DNA of 64,000 nucleotides from Ranitomeya imitator (Eukaryota). The stretch spans positions 571,392,001 to 571,456,000 of the forward strand of contig NC_091283.1 in assembly GCF_032444005.1 (NCBI RefSeq), written 5' to 3'. Positions 39,779 through 52,189 of the stretch are shown piece by piece. The notes below the pieces were generated by a model, which had not been told where the DNA came from, searched no databases, and saw only the letters and a program-made list of their open reading frames with translations. The number at the start of each line of letters is the position of its first letter. Position 1 is the stretch's first letter. The translations under genes were made by a program, and so were the position numbers.

Positions 39779-41261
39779 TCTCTGCTCCTCCTGTTGATAC
39801 CCCCCTTGGCTATGTACAGAGCTTGAACAGCTCCTGGGTTTGCATACTGGTTTCTTGTTATTGGTGATCTGAATCCTCACTCCTCAGCAGATCTTTTTAT
39901 TTCCCTTACTATGGGAGCTTTTGCAACTTAATGGCACAGGTTATATACCACGTTAGACTAGACCAGTGGAAGCGCTACACAACTAACGTTGCATTATATA
40001 CAACTCTATACCTTAATGGAGTAGACCTACATGCTATATGTGTGGTTTGGGATCAATCTGATTCACTGTGTATGCTTTATTAAGCTTTTGTCTATGTCTT
40101 ATGTTATTGCAAAAAGGTTATTTTTTTTTTTTTTTTTTTGCATATCTGCTTATTTGTGTTACATAGGTAATCCTGCTGGTGTGAGGTATTCAGACTGGTG
40201 CATTATATATCATGGTCACAACTATACTTCTTAGGTTGTGTTGCTTTACCCTATATTCCAATAGTGCTGTTCATGCAGACATCTTACACTGTACTATATA
40301 TTATTATTAGCCATTACAGTGCGTTTGGGGAGGGATCGCATCTAGGAGGAGGGTTCTATTATGGGCCATTTGTTCATGTTTCTAGGTCCTATGTGTGACC
40401 AATTTTAAATGCTTTTAATTGTGTGCTCCATGTGGTTGTTTCCTATGTCCATGAGTGTTATTCTAATAAAATTTGTAATTTTCATATTTAATCCATTGCC
40501 TTGGGTGATCCCCTTTTATGGTCTATTTCTTGTGTTGTTTTTTCATGGCTTAGTATAGTATAGACCAGGTTGGATCCCCGTTTCCTATGTGGTGCCCCCG
40601 CTCTAGTTATTAGAGTGGAGGAAAGAGGAGACTCTTAAAGAAGAAGTTACAGGTCTGTGAGAGCCAGAAATCTTGATTGTTTGTTTCTGACCAAATACTT
40701 ATTTTCCACCATAATATGCAAATAAATTGTTAAAAAAAACAGACAATGTGATTTTCTGGATTTTTTTTTCTCAGTTTATCTCCCATAGTTGAGGTCTACC
40801 TATGATGTAAATTACAGACGCCTCTCATCTTATTAAGTGGTGGAACTTGCACTATTGCTGACTGACTAAATACATTTTTGCCCCACTGTATGTGTCACTG
40901 ACATCTCTATATTCTTTATGTATATATCCTATCCTAACCTGTCAGTCTGATTTTACTGTATGCTGCAAATGAATTGCCGGCTTTTCAAATGATGCCAATG
41001 CGTAAAAATTGGACAGCACTCACATGGTTCGAGTGCTGTTTGATTTTTTCTTTTTCTCTCGCACCCATAGGCTTGCAGTGGCAAGTCTCGGGCGATATAC
41101 GCATACAATCGCAGCATGCTGCGCTTTTACACGCACATCAAATACGTCTGAGAAAATAAATACTGATGTGAGCTGCCCCATAGATTAACACTGGTCCGAG
41201 TGCTATGCAATGTTTTCTCGCATAGCACTTGGCCGCATTCTACGGTAGTATGAAGCCGACC

Positions 41262-43590
41262 TAAGAGGTTACATGATGCAGGTGTAATGTCCAGCGCAGG
41301 GTGTAAGAGGCTACATGATGCAGGTGTATGCCCAGCACAGGGTGTAAGAGGCTACATGATGCAGGTGTATGCCCAGCACAGGGTGTAATAGGCTGCATGA
41401 TGCAGGTGTAATGTCCAGCGCAGGGTGTAAGAGGCTGCATGATGCTGGTGTAATGCCCAGCGCAGGGTGTAAGAGGCTACATGATGCAGGTGTATGCCCA
41501 GCACAGGGTGTAATAGGCTGCATGATGCTGGTGTAATGTCCAGCGCAGGGTGTAAGAGGCTACATGATGCAGGTGTAATGTCCAGCGCAGGGTGTAAGAG
41601 GCTGCATGATGCAGGTGTAATGTCCAGCGCAGGGTGTAAGAGGCTACATGAGGCAGGTGTTGTGCCCAGCACACGGAGAAAGAGGCTGCATGATGCAGGT
41701 GTATGCCCAGCGCAGGGTGTAAGAGGCTACATGATGCAGGTGTAGTGCCCAGCAAACAGTGTAAGAGGCTACATGATGCAAGTGTAATTGGCAGCACACG
41801 GTGTAAGAGGCTACATGATGCAGGTGTAATGCCCAGCTCACGGTGTAAGAGGCTGCATGATGCAGGTGTAGTGCCCAGCGCAGGGTGTAAGAGGCTGCAT
41901 GATGCAGGTGTAGTGCCCAGCGCAGAGTGTAAGAGGCTACATGATGTAGGTGTAGTGCCGAGTGCAGGGTGTAAGAGGCTGCATGATGCAGGTGTAATGT
42001 CCAGCGCAGGGTGTAAGAGGCTACATGAGGCAGGTGTTGTGCCCAGCACACGGAGAAAGAGGCTGCATGATGCAGGTGTATGCCCAGCACACGGTGAAAG
42101 AGGCTGCATGATGCAGGTGTAGTGCCCAGCAAACGGTGTAAGAGGCTGCATGATGCAGGTGTAGTGCCCAGCGCAGGGTATAAGAGGCTGCATGATGCAG
42201 GTGTAGTGCCTAGCGCAGGGTGTAAGAGGCTACATGATGCAGGTGTATGCCCAGCACACGGTGTAAGAGGCTACATGATGCAGGTGTAATTGGCAGCACA
42301 CGGTGTAAGAGGCTGCATGATGCAGGTGTAGTGCCCAGAACACGGTGTAAGAGGCTGCATGATGCAGGTGTAGTGCCCAGCGCAGGGTGTAAGAGGCTAC
42401 ATGATGCAGGTGTATGCCCAGCACACGGTGAATGAGGCTGCATGATGCAGGTGTAGTGCCCAGCAAACGGTGTAAGAGGCTACATGATGCAAGTGTAATT
42501 GGCAGCACACGGTGTAAGAGGCTGCATGATGCAGGTGTAGTGCCCAGCGCAGGGTATAAGAGGCTGAATGATGCAGGTGTAGTGCCCAGCGCAGGGTGTA
42601 ACAGGCTGCATGATGCAGGTGTATGCCCAGCACACGGTGTAAGAGGCTGCATGATGCAGGTGTAGTGCCCAGCGCAGGGTATAAGAGGCTGCATGATGCA
42701 GGTGTAGTGCCCAGCGCAGGGTGTAAGAGGCTACATGAGGCAGGTGTAGTGCCCAGCACACGGTGTAAGAGGCTGCATGATGCAGGTGTATGCCCAGCGC
42801 AGGGTGTAACATGCTGCATGATGCAGGTGTATGCCCAAACACACGGTATAAGAGGCTGCATGATGCAGGTGTATGCCCAAACACACGGTGTAAGAGGCTG
42901 CATGATGCAGGTGTATGCCCAGCGCAGGGTGTAAGAGGCTACATGATGCAGGTGTATGCCCAGCACACGGTGTAAGAGGTTACATGAGGCAGGTGTATGC
43001 CCAGCGCAGGGTGTAACAGGCTGCATGATGCAGGTGTATGCCCAGCACACGGTGTAAGAGGCTGCATGATGCAGGTGTAGTGCCCAGCGCAGGGTATAAG
43101 AGGCTGCATGATGCAGGTGTAGTGCCCAGCGCAGGGTGTAAGAGGCTACATGAGGCAGGTGTAGTGCCCAGCACACGGTGTAAGAGGCTGCATGATGCAG
43201 GTGTATGCCCAGCGCAGGGTGTAACATGCTGCATGATGCAGGTGTATGCCCAAACACACGGTATAAGAGGCTGCATGATGCAGGTGTATGCCCAAACACA
43301 CGGTGTAAGAGGCTGCATGATGCAGGTGTATGCCCAGCGCAGGGTGTAAGAGGCTACATGATGCAGGTGTATGCCCAGCACACGGTGTAAGAGGTTACAT
43401 GAGGCAGGTGTATGCCCAGCGCAGGGTGTAAGAGGCTGCATGATGCAGGTGTATGCCCAGCGCAGGGTGTAAGAGGCTACATGATGCAGGTGTATGCCCA
43501 GCGCAGGGTGTAAGAGGTTACATGATGCAGGTGTATGCCCAGCGCAGGGTGTAAGAGGCTACATGATGCATGTGTAATTGGCAGCACACA
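41262..43590. repeat. 41/42-bp minisatellite (about 56 units) just inside HID1 intron 1
   Basis: Unit TGATGCAGGTGTATGCCCAGCGCAGGGTGTAAGAGGCTACA with variants; a 415-bp block is duplicated. Confidence 0.97.
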
Positions 43591-43699
43591 GAGGTATGGA
43601 GCAGATGGCCCGGTATGACACAGCCCCGCACCATATGTAACATACAGACACCTGTTCCTACAGGTGTGGACTCGTGGCCCCTCCCCCAGCGCCCGGTAC

Positions 43700-43765
43700 C
43701 TGTGTTTTCGTTGTCAGCTGGATGACCGCCTTCCTGAAGTTCAGCTTCGTGTCCGTGTTCCCCAT
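43700..43765 (-). CDS. HID1: HID1 coding exon 1 (MGNTDTKLNFRKAVIQLTTKTQ)
   Basis: ATG at 43765, 66 bp, GT donor at 43699-43698, matches the HID1 N-terminus. Confidence 0.96.
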
Positions 43766-44562
43766 CCCGGTGCCGGCTATAAGCCCCGCCTGTTCACGGC
43801 CCGGTCCGGATCCCTTCCAGATCCGCCTGCAGCAGCCAGGGAACCGGATCAGTCAGTCAACGCCCTCTCCTGCGTCACCAGGCCCGCCCACTCAGCTGGA
43901 GTATGTGTTCTATCACTGACAGGTCACGGTGACCTCTCTAGACTCCGCCCACATTGTATTAGTCTCCGCCCAGTTATCATATAATCGCTAGTTTCTAGGC
44001 ATATATGCTGGGACGTGTACAAGCGGCGCTCTGGTGTGTGCTGCACGGTAATGCGGTGGCCCTGCTGCGGCCATGCACGGGTTAAGGATGCCGGAGCCCC
44101 GGATGATGTGGGGAGGAGGGGGACGCGGCCTCCAATCAGCAGCGCTCCTGCCTGGATCTGAGGGGCGGGGCGTCGCCGGTCCAGGCCCAGGGATGTGACG
44201 GGATGCTACGGGGAGCCGGGATACAGGACAAGGACCGGGAAGAGCGGGGGTGTGCAGCCTCACAGGCCGCCGGGTGACGAGCACTGGCCGGGCCAGCAGG
44301 TGTGGGCGGCCCCTATAGCACAGTGGTGCGGTCCTGGTCAGTCACCGTGCCGCACACTGCACACAGCTGCTGGGCATTGTAGTCGGTGGCCGGCCCCAAT
44401 CACTGGCCTGTGTGGCGTGAGCTGCCTGCTGTGTGACCCCTGATTATTAACCCTTGGTACAGCTGACATGGTGCTGGGAGCCGGTATTAGGGGTAGGGTG
44501 CAGAAGGGTCACTAATCCTCTGGTCCTGTCCCACCCATAGATCCAGCTGCCCACCTGGCCTG
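43766..44562. promoter_or_regulatory. GC/CpG-rich divergent promoter and 5'UTR region shared by HID1 and CDR2L
   Basis: The two ATGs point away from each other with 797 bp between them. CpG-rich, with a GC box GGGGCGGGGC near 44162. TSSs were not determined. Confidence 0.7.
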
Positions 44563-44641
44563 ATGTTGGGGGCAGGAAGAATGGAGGAGTTCCACAGCGA
44601 GGAGGACGAGCCTTGGTATGACCACCATGACCTGGAGCAAG
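44563..44641 (+). CDS. CDR2L: CDR2L coding exon 1 (MLGAGRMEEFHSEEDEPWYDHHDLEQ-D)
   Basis: 79 bp, GTAAG donor; alternative in-frame ATG at 44581. Confidence 0.9.
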
Positions 44642-47639
44642 GTAAGAGATGGACCCAGGTGCCCTATGTGTGTAGCCTGGTGTAATCGGTGAGGGGGCTG
44701 CACGCCCCCCATCACATGTCTGTGGCTAGTTTACACACTGGCCTCACTCCCTACGTGCGGCTATGTTCACACTTTGCATTTTTGCAGCATTTTTTTATCA
44801 GAAACCAAAATCTGCTCCCTTGGCACAAAAACACTGCATCCAAGCCTGTAGAAACGAGCCGCCCGCTGCGGAACACAATGGCGGCCCATGGGGTGACACA
44901 CATCGTACAGTGCGCGCCACGTTGCCACTCTGTAACGCTGCAGATCACACCCTGGGAAGGGACCTTCAGTGAGGGAATCCGTCACCAGGTTTTTGCTACC
45001 ACGTCTGAGAGCAGCGTAACGTAGGGGTAGAGACCCTGATTCCAGTGATGTGTTACTTACTGGGCCGAATGCTGCAGTTTTGATAAAATTACTGTTTTGT
45101 CCACTGCAGTTCTCTGATTGCTGAGCTCTGTGTGACCCTGTTCACTGAGAATTGTTTGCTGTGCATAGGCAGAAAGCCATCAATCAGTGGTGGGGTGAAG
45201 ATATACAGAGCTCATGAATATGGGTGACAACCTGGCAGCAATATTACTAGTCCTCTAGTGATAATCTCCTGCTGATTACAACATTCTTATCAAAACTACA
45301 GCAAGCAGCCCAGTAAGTGAGACATAGCTGGAATGACGACATCACGCTGCGGTCAGATTCTCTGGTCAGATAAACACTACATTAGAATTGGGATTTTAGC
45401 TACCACCCTCGCCTGCATGAACCCACCATACAGGACGCTGCTTTCGGCTCTTCCATACATTCCTACTGTAGCTTTTTGAAGAATTTCCCCACAGGCTCCA
45501 TTCACAGGGGTCTATAAACAAATCCTCTGCATTTACCCCATAGAAATAAACCATCCCCACCTGTACTGGCAGTTGTATAAGCAGAAAGTAACATTTACAA
45601 GACCACAAACCTTTTGCACTGTATACCCCTCCTGACATGTAAAGCGCCATGGAATAAATGGTGCTATGATAATAATAAGATATGTGTAGAATCCAATGTG
45701 TTTTAGATGCCATGCTTCCATGGAAACGCACTACAAACGCATGTGCGTTTTTAATTTGCGGAATTTCCACATTTATTGTAAGTCTATGGGGAAAATTTGC
45801 ACAGAAAACGTACCCGCAAGATAAATAGACTTGTTGCAGGTTTGAAATTCACCCCGCAGGTCAGTTTATGCTGAGCAATTAAAAAAAGCGCAGTCGTCAC
45901 GAGATTTCCATAGCTCCCATCCATGTTGCTACAACTGTAAGACACTGGGATTTTTTTACGTAGCAAAAATACTCAGCGTCAAAAACTGACTGTGGGCACA
46001 CGGACTAACTGAGAAATTCTATGACCTTTCTGGGGTTTCCGTGAGCATGAAAATGATTTCTACAGCTCAGCCGGAGGTTGGTTAGGCCGGCGATTCCTAT
46101 TCTGGTGGTTAAGGAAGCGGAGGCCAGTGAAGACTAGGTAAGTTTTGGCATAGCTGCAGGGGGTCACTGAGGGTCCGTATAAGGGTTCCCTCGCACAAGC
46201 GAATAAAACGACCAAGTGCTATCCCACGTTTTATCACATAGCACTCGGCCCAATGTTATACTACGGGGCAGGGCAGATCTGCAATTTTTTTGGAGAAATT
46301 AAGGTCTCCATCTTTTCCACACCTGTGCTGATTCTTTCATGTGAGACAATCTGATCAAAGGCCGGGTTCACATTAGCGTTTGATTCCGCAGCGTGGTGCT
46401 GCGGACTTCTTTCTTTAACTCCGCCTACTTCTGCATGCATCATGTAGGATTTTCTTGCGTTCGGCAGGCACGTCAAAACGGCGGAGGCATCCGCATACAA
46501 GGCATGTCCCTGCGTACCCAATGTTAAAGATAGGTACGCAGGACGCACGCAGAAGTAGGCGGAGCTAAGGAAAGAAGTCCACAGCACCACGCTGCGGCTC
46601 AAACGCTAATGTGAGCTTAGCCTAAGATGACACTCGGCTCAAACTCTGAGTTTGTTCTGAGTGTGATTGTCATAATCGGCCCCATTCTCTGTGTTATCCC
46701 CTCCCCCCCCCCCAAGCCTTTGTTTTACTTCTTCCATTCTTTTTTTTTTTTTATAGCAGTTTGAGACCTTTGAGAAGTGTTCTCCTCTGGACAACCCCTT
46801 TTACAGGGCTACTTATACCCAGATATTATGTAGTCATGGATTTCTGCCAGGTCTCCATATTAATACATGGCAATATCACAATTATAGCAGACCCAACACT
46901 GGCATATTTTGTGCGAGGTATTATATTGATCACACCTTCCTTTACTTAGTCAAACAAGATGACACCACAGCATATTTTAATAAGGGATGAGCTAATAGCT
47001 TTGGATAATTTCTTATCCGAATAGCTATAGCGCTTACCAAAGAACTACATCGGGACCCCGGATACCTGGAGCGCTCCCGATAATCAGGTGTTCGGCACCG
47101 CAGCTGCATGTGTTGCAGCTGTGTGACAGTCAAAATAAACAGGCTCTCCATGCATGTGCTGGCACTAGTACACAGCCGCAAAACATGCAGCTGAGGCTCC
47201 GAACAGCTGATTATTGGGAGCGCTCCAGGTATCCGGGTTCCTGATGCAGCTATTCGGTAAGCGCTATAGCTATTCAGATAAGGAATTATCCAAAACTATT
47301 CGATCATCGCTAGTTTTAATTATATGGTTTATTGTCACCAGCCGTAGACAAAGGCGTAGCTATAGCAATTATAGTAGTTTGCCATAATCAGTACTTCAGG
47401 CATAGAGTAGGCAGATGTGCAAAAGAGCCATCACAGAATCCCATGTTTAACACTGAGAAGAGTCTAGACATTTACTATAAATTCTATAGTGCATTGACTA
47501 TGGTGGGGGTGGAGGGTCGCTTTAACAATTTCTGCAACTGATTGCTCCCATATTGTAAGATGAGGTATGAAATCTGCTGTAAATACCAGAAAAAAAAATA
47601 TCTGCAGCAGATAGGGCATGCTGGTGATTTTGAAAATCC

Positions 47640-50400
47640 AAGCTGCATGACCTGCAGTTTTGCAAACTGCTCCAGGTCTCTCATATTTGAAGGGTGCCTT
47701 CTCCTAGCAGCAACTTTAAGATCTCTCTACAGGTGTTCAATAGGATTTAGATCCTGATTCATTGCTTCCCACTTCAGAACTCTCTAGTGCTTTGTTTCCA
47801 TCTATTTCTGGGTGCTCTTCAAGTATTTTTGGGGTCATTGTCCTGCTGGAAGACACACGACATAAGACCAAAGCTTTCTGACACTGGCCACTACATTGCT
47901 ACCCCAAATCCTTGGGTAATCTTCAGATTTCATGATGCCTTGCACACAGTCAAGGCACCCAGTGCCAGAGGCAGCAGAACAATCTCAAAACATCTTTGAA
48001 CCTCCACTATATTTGACTGTAGGCACTGTGTTCTTTTCTTTGTAGGTCTTATTCTGTTTTCATTAAACAGTAGAATGATTTGCTTTACCAAACAGCTCTA
48101 TCTTTGTCTCCACTCTCCACAAGATGCTTTCATAGAAGGATTTTGGCTTGTGTATATTTTAGCACACTGCAGTGTAGCTTTTTTATGTCTCTGTGTTATC
48201 AGTGGGCTCCTCCTGGGTCTCCTGCCATAATGTTTCATTTCAGTCAAATGTCGACCCATAGTTTGCGCTGACTCTGATGCACCCTTTGCTACAGGACAAC
48301 TTGAGTTTCTTTGGAACTTGACTGAGGCTGCTTATCCACCATGTGGACAATCCTGCGTTGCAACCTTTCATCAATTTTCCTCTGCCGTCCACGTCCAGGA
48401 AGATTAGCTACAGTGCCTTTTTTATTATTTTGTTCACCTTTGACAAAGGAACATCAAGATCTCTGGAGATGGACTTGTAACCTTGAGATTGTTGATATTC
48501 AACAATTTTGATTCTTAAGTCCTCAAACAGTTCTGCCCTCCTCTGTCTGCCCTCCTCTGTCTGCCCTCCTCTGTCTGCCCTCCTCTGTCTGCCCTCCTCT
48601 GTCTGCCCTCCTCTGTCTGCCCTCCTCTGTCTGCCCTCCTCTGTCTGCCCTCCTCTGTCTGCCCTCCTCTGTCTGCCCTCCTCTGTCTGCCCTCCTCTGT
48701 CTGCCCTCCTCTGTCTGCCCTCCTCTGTCTGCCCTCCTCTGTCTGCCCTCCTCTGTCTGTTCTCCTCTGTCTGCCCTCCTCTGTCTGTTCTCCTCTGTCT
48801 GTTCTCCTCTGTCTGTTCTCCTCTGTCTGTTCTCCTCTGTCTGCCCTCCTCTGTCTGTTCTCCTCTGTCTGCCCTCCTCTGTCTGTTCTCCTCTGTCTGT
48901 TCTCCTCTGTCTGTTCTCCTCTGTCTGTTCTCCTCTGTCTGTTCTCCTCTGTCTGCCCTCCTCTGTCTGCCCTCCTCTGTCTGTTCTCCTCTGTCTGCCC
49001 TCCTCTGTCTGCTCTCCTCTGTCTGTTCTCCTCTGTCTGTTCTCCTCTGTCTGTTCTCCTCTGTCTGTTCTCCTCTGTCTGTTCTCCTCTGTCTGTTCTC
49101 CTCTGTCTGTTCTCCTCTGTCTGTTCTCCTCTGTCTGTTCTCCTCTGTCTGTTCTCCTCTGTCTGTTCTCCTCTGTCTGTTCTCCTCTGTCTGCTCTCCT
49201 CTGTCTGCCCTCCTCTGTCTGCCCTCCTCTGTCTGTTCTCCTCTGTCTGCCCTCCTCTGTCTGTTCTCCTCTGTCTGTTCTCCTCTGTCTGTTCTCCTCT
49301 GTCTGTTCTCCTCTGTCTGTTCTCCTCTGTCTGTTCTCCTCTGTCTGCTCTCCTCTGTCTGCCCTCCTCTGTCTGCCCTCCTCTGTCTGTTCTCCTCTGT
49401 CTGCCCTCCTCTGTCTGCCCTCCTCTGTCTGCCCTCCTCTGTCTGCTCTCCTCTGTCTGTTCTCCTCTGTCTGTTCTCCTCTGTCTGTTCTCCTCTGTCT
49501 GCTCTCCTCTGTCTGCCCTCCTCTGTCTGCCCTCCTCTGTCTGCCCTCCTCTGTCTGTTCTCCTCTGTCTGTTCTCCTCTGTCTGTTCTCCTCTGTCTGT
49601 TCTCCTCTGTCTGTTCTCCTCTGTCTGTTCTCCTCTGTCTGCCCTCCTCTGTCTGCCCTCCTCTGTCTGCCCTCCTCTGTCTGCCCTCCTCTGTCTGCCC
49701 TCCTCTGTCTGTTCTCCTCTGTCTGCCCTCCTCTGTCTGTTCTCCTCTGTCTGTTCTCCTCTGTCTGCCCTCCTCTGTCTGCCCTCCTCTGTCTGCCCTC
49801 CTCTGTCTGCCCTCCTCTGTCTGCTCTCCTCTGTCTGCCCTCCTCTGTCTGCCCTCCTCTGTCTGTTCTCCTCTGTCTGTTCTCCTCTGTCTGTTCTCCT
49901 CTGTCTGTTCTCCTCTGTCTGCCCTCCTCTGTCTGCCCTCCTCTGTCTGTTCTCCTCTGTCTGTTCTCCTCTGTCTGCCCTCCTCTGTCTGCCCTCCTCT
50001 GTCTGTTCTCCTCTGTCTGTTCTCCTCTGTCTGTTCTCCTCTGTCTGTTCTCCTCTGTCTGTTCTCCTCTGTCTGTTCTCCTCTGTCTGTTCTCCTCTGT
50101 CTGTTCTCCTCTGTCTGTTCTCCTCTGTCTGTTCTCCTCTGTCTGTTCTCCTCTGTCTGTTCTCCTCTGTCTGTTCTCCTCTGTCTGTTCTCCTCTGTCT
50201 GTTCTCCTCTGTCTGTTCTCCTCTCTCTGTTCTCCTCTCTCTGTTCTCCTCTCTCTGTTCTCCTCTGTCTGTTCTCCTCTCTCTGCTCTCCTTGCTTAGT
50301 GTGACACTCACAGAAACACAATGCTAAGATTTAGTCATCATCTCCCCTTTTCATCTGATGTCAGCTGTAATTTTCATATTGCCCATACCTATTACTTGCT
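47640..50400 (-). mobile_element. Degenerate Tc1 remnant (same family as 26856..28268) split by a minisatellite
   Basis: Shares text with 26960-27960. The transposase N-terminus (ELFEDLRIKIVEYQQSQGYKSISRDLDVP) is on the minus strand. Boundaries approximate. Confidence 0.75.
48533..50291. repeat. 14-bp minisatellite (about 125 units, CTGTCTGTTCTCCT / CTGTCTGCCCTCCT)
   Basis: Directly visible; it produces spurious 600-aa ORFs with 14-aa periodicity. Confidence 0.98.
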
Positions 50401-51696
50401 AGGGTATGTGCAGACATTCAGTAATTGGCAGCGCTTTGCACACAGCACATGTCCGCTACGTCCAAAGCTCTGCCGGCTTTTGAACGCAGGTGATTCTGCA
50501 TGTGTTCATTGAACCATGCGGATTCACCACGTACGATACATTGTATGGGTGGCGTCTCCGCAAGATAAATAGACATGCTGCGGTCTGGAAAGACGTGCCA
50601 CATGTGCATCTCCGCTGGTGAGCCGCGGGCGCTGGTGCCTGCATAATGGACATGGGATTTCTTGAAATCCCATCCACTATGCTATAACATCTGGACGCTG
50701 CGGATGTACACAGCGTCCAGCCTACAGCGTTTACTGACCGTGGGAACATACCCAGTTTGAAGGAGCATCACATGCTTGAAACAAGGTTGTTTATCCACAA
50801 TATGATATGTGTCACAGTTCAGAGCCTAAATTGTGCAGGTCTACAGGTTATCCACAGCATGTCAATTCTTCTGGTAAATCCTCAGCATTTCCACAAAAAG
50901 ATATTCAGAATTTAGTTTTGTTGCTTTGGAATTGTGCTCCTGAGAATTCCCGGCATGTCTAGATTAGGTAGATGTATCCTGTGGATGCCAGCAGACAGAG
51001 AGAGAAATGCAAGATCCCTGCCTCTAATATTCTACTCACTGCCCGCCATCTTCAGCTCATCCGGCGCCCCTCAGGTCGCGTGGTGCTATCTTGTGACTGC
51101 AAATTCTGCCTCCTCATAAATCAGAAGAAACAGTCACACGCTCTCAGTGTAAGTGTACGAGTCTCATAGACTTGCATTGAGAGCTTGTGACCTCCAGCCC
51201 GCTCCATGAAACGCTGGAGTGATCCGGTAGGTTACAAACTGCTTGGGTGTGATCGGAGCAGCGCTGATGAAAGATGAACACTGCGGCAGGCAAGTATGCG
51301 AGTAGTGGCAGAGAACTTGCATTAATCGCACCACTCCAGCACTGCAGTACAAAAAAAACCTGCTGGAGTGGTGTTTTAAAAAAAAATATATATATATAAC
51401 CTGTTCTAGTCAACAATGGGGCTTAACTTTATTTCATGTTTGTTCTTCAAAATTGAGAATGTTTGCATGACTGTGTCTGCTTTGTGCTTGCATTCATTCA
51501 TGGCTAGAAACCATCCATTGTTTTCTCAATGAATTATGAATGTGTGGTGCCTGACAGTCTAACACAATGATCCATTTTCTCTTTTAAGAAGCCATGGTGG
51601 TGAGATATGAATACTACGTAGCAGAGGAAGTTGACATTACAAATATGAATAATATATAATGTGTATGTTCTGAAAGGATAGCAACAGAGAATCTGA

Positions 51697-51858
<162 letters not shown>

Positions 51859-52189
51859 TGAAGGGGTTTTCTATCCATATTCCCACTGGGCACTTATTGA
51901 TGTCACAAAGGTGGGTTCCCTGCTTTGGATCTTCCTGTGAGCCAGAACAGGAAGATGATGAAAATGATTTCTGCAATGGTGGCCCAGAATGTTCTTGCAT
52001 TACATGGTTAATCATACATAGTTGACCATTCTTGAATTTAATGTAATGCTACATTATCCAAGAAGTGGCTGTTGCATGAGAAATTAATTCTAATTACTGA
52101 CCTGACTCTAATCTCCACTTCATATCTAAACTCCCGGAATGCTTTATCTAGTCTCTTGACTTTTTACAATCAGGATTCTGATCTTAACA

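Larger units (their letters stand above)
29620..40612 (+). mobile_element. Penelope-like retroelement (Neptune-type), about 11 kb including a nested 5.1-kb DNA element
   Basis: 14-bp direct repeat GAGTGGAGGAAAGA at 29606-29619 and 40613-40626; ORF1 plus an RT/GIY-YIG ORF; hammerhead-like motif in the 3' part. Confidence 0.88.
28275..40888 (-). mobile_element. Tc1 transposon (about 1607 bp of native sequence) interrupted by an 11-kb PLE insertion
   Basis: About 208-bp TIRs at 28275..28482 and 40681..40888, both flanked by TA. Tc1 sequence resumes after a duplicated 14-mer. Confidence 0.92.

Noticed and set aside
41262-43590. Regular 41-bp repeats resembling a CRISPR array, with many ORFs
   Set aside because: The units are contiguous with no unique spacers, the context is a vertebrate intron, and there are no cas genes. 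The ORFs are repeat translations.
48408-50321. 600-aa ORFs on both strands (RQRRTDRGEQTEEN / LCLFSSVCSPLSVL repeats)
   Set aside because: Artefacts of a stop-free 14-bp minisatellite; only the last 40 or so codons are Tc1 transposase remnant.
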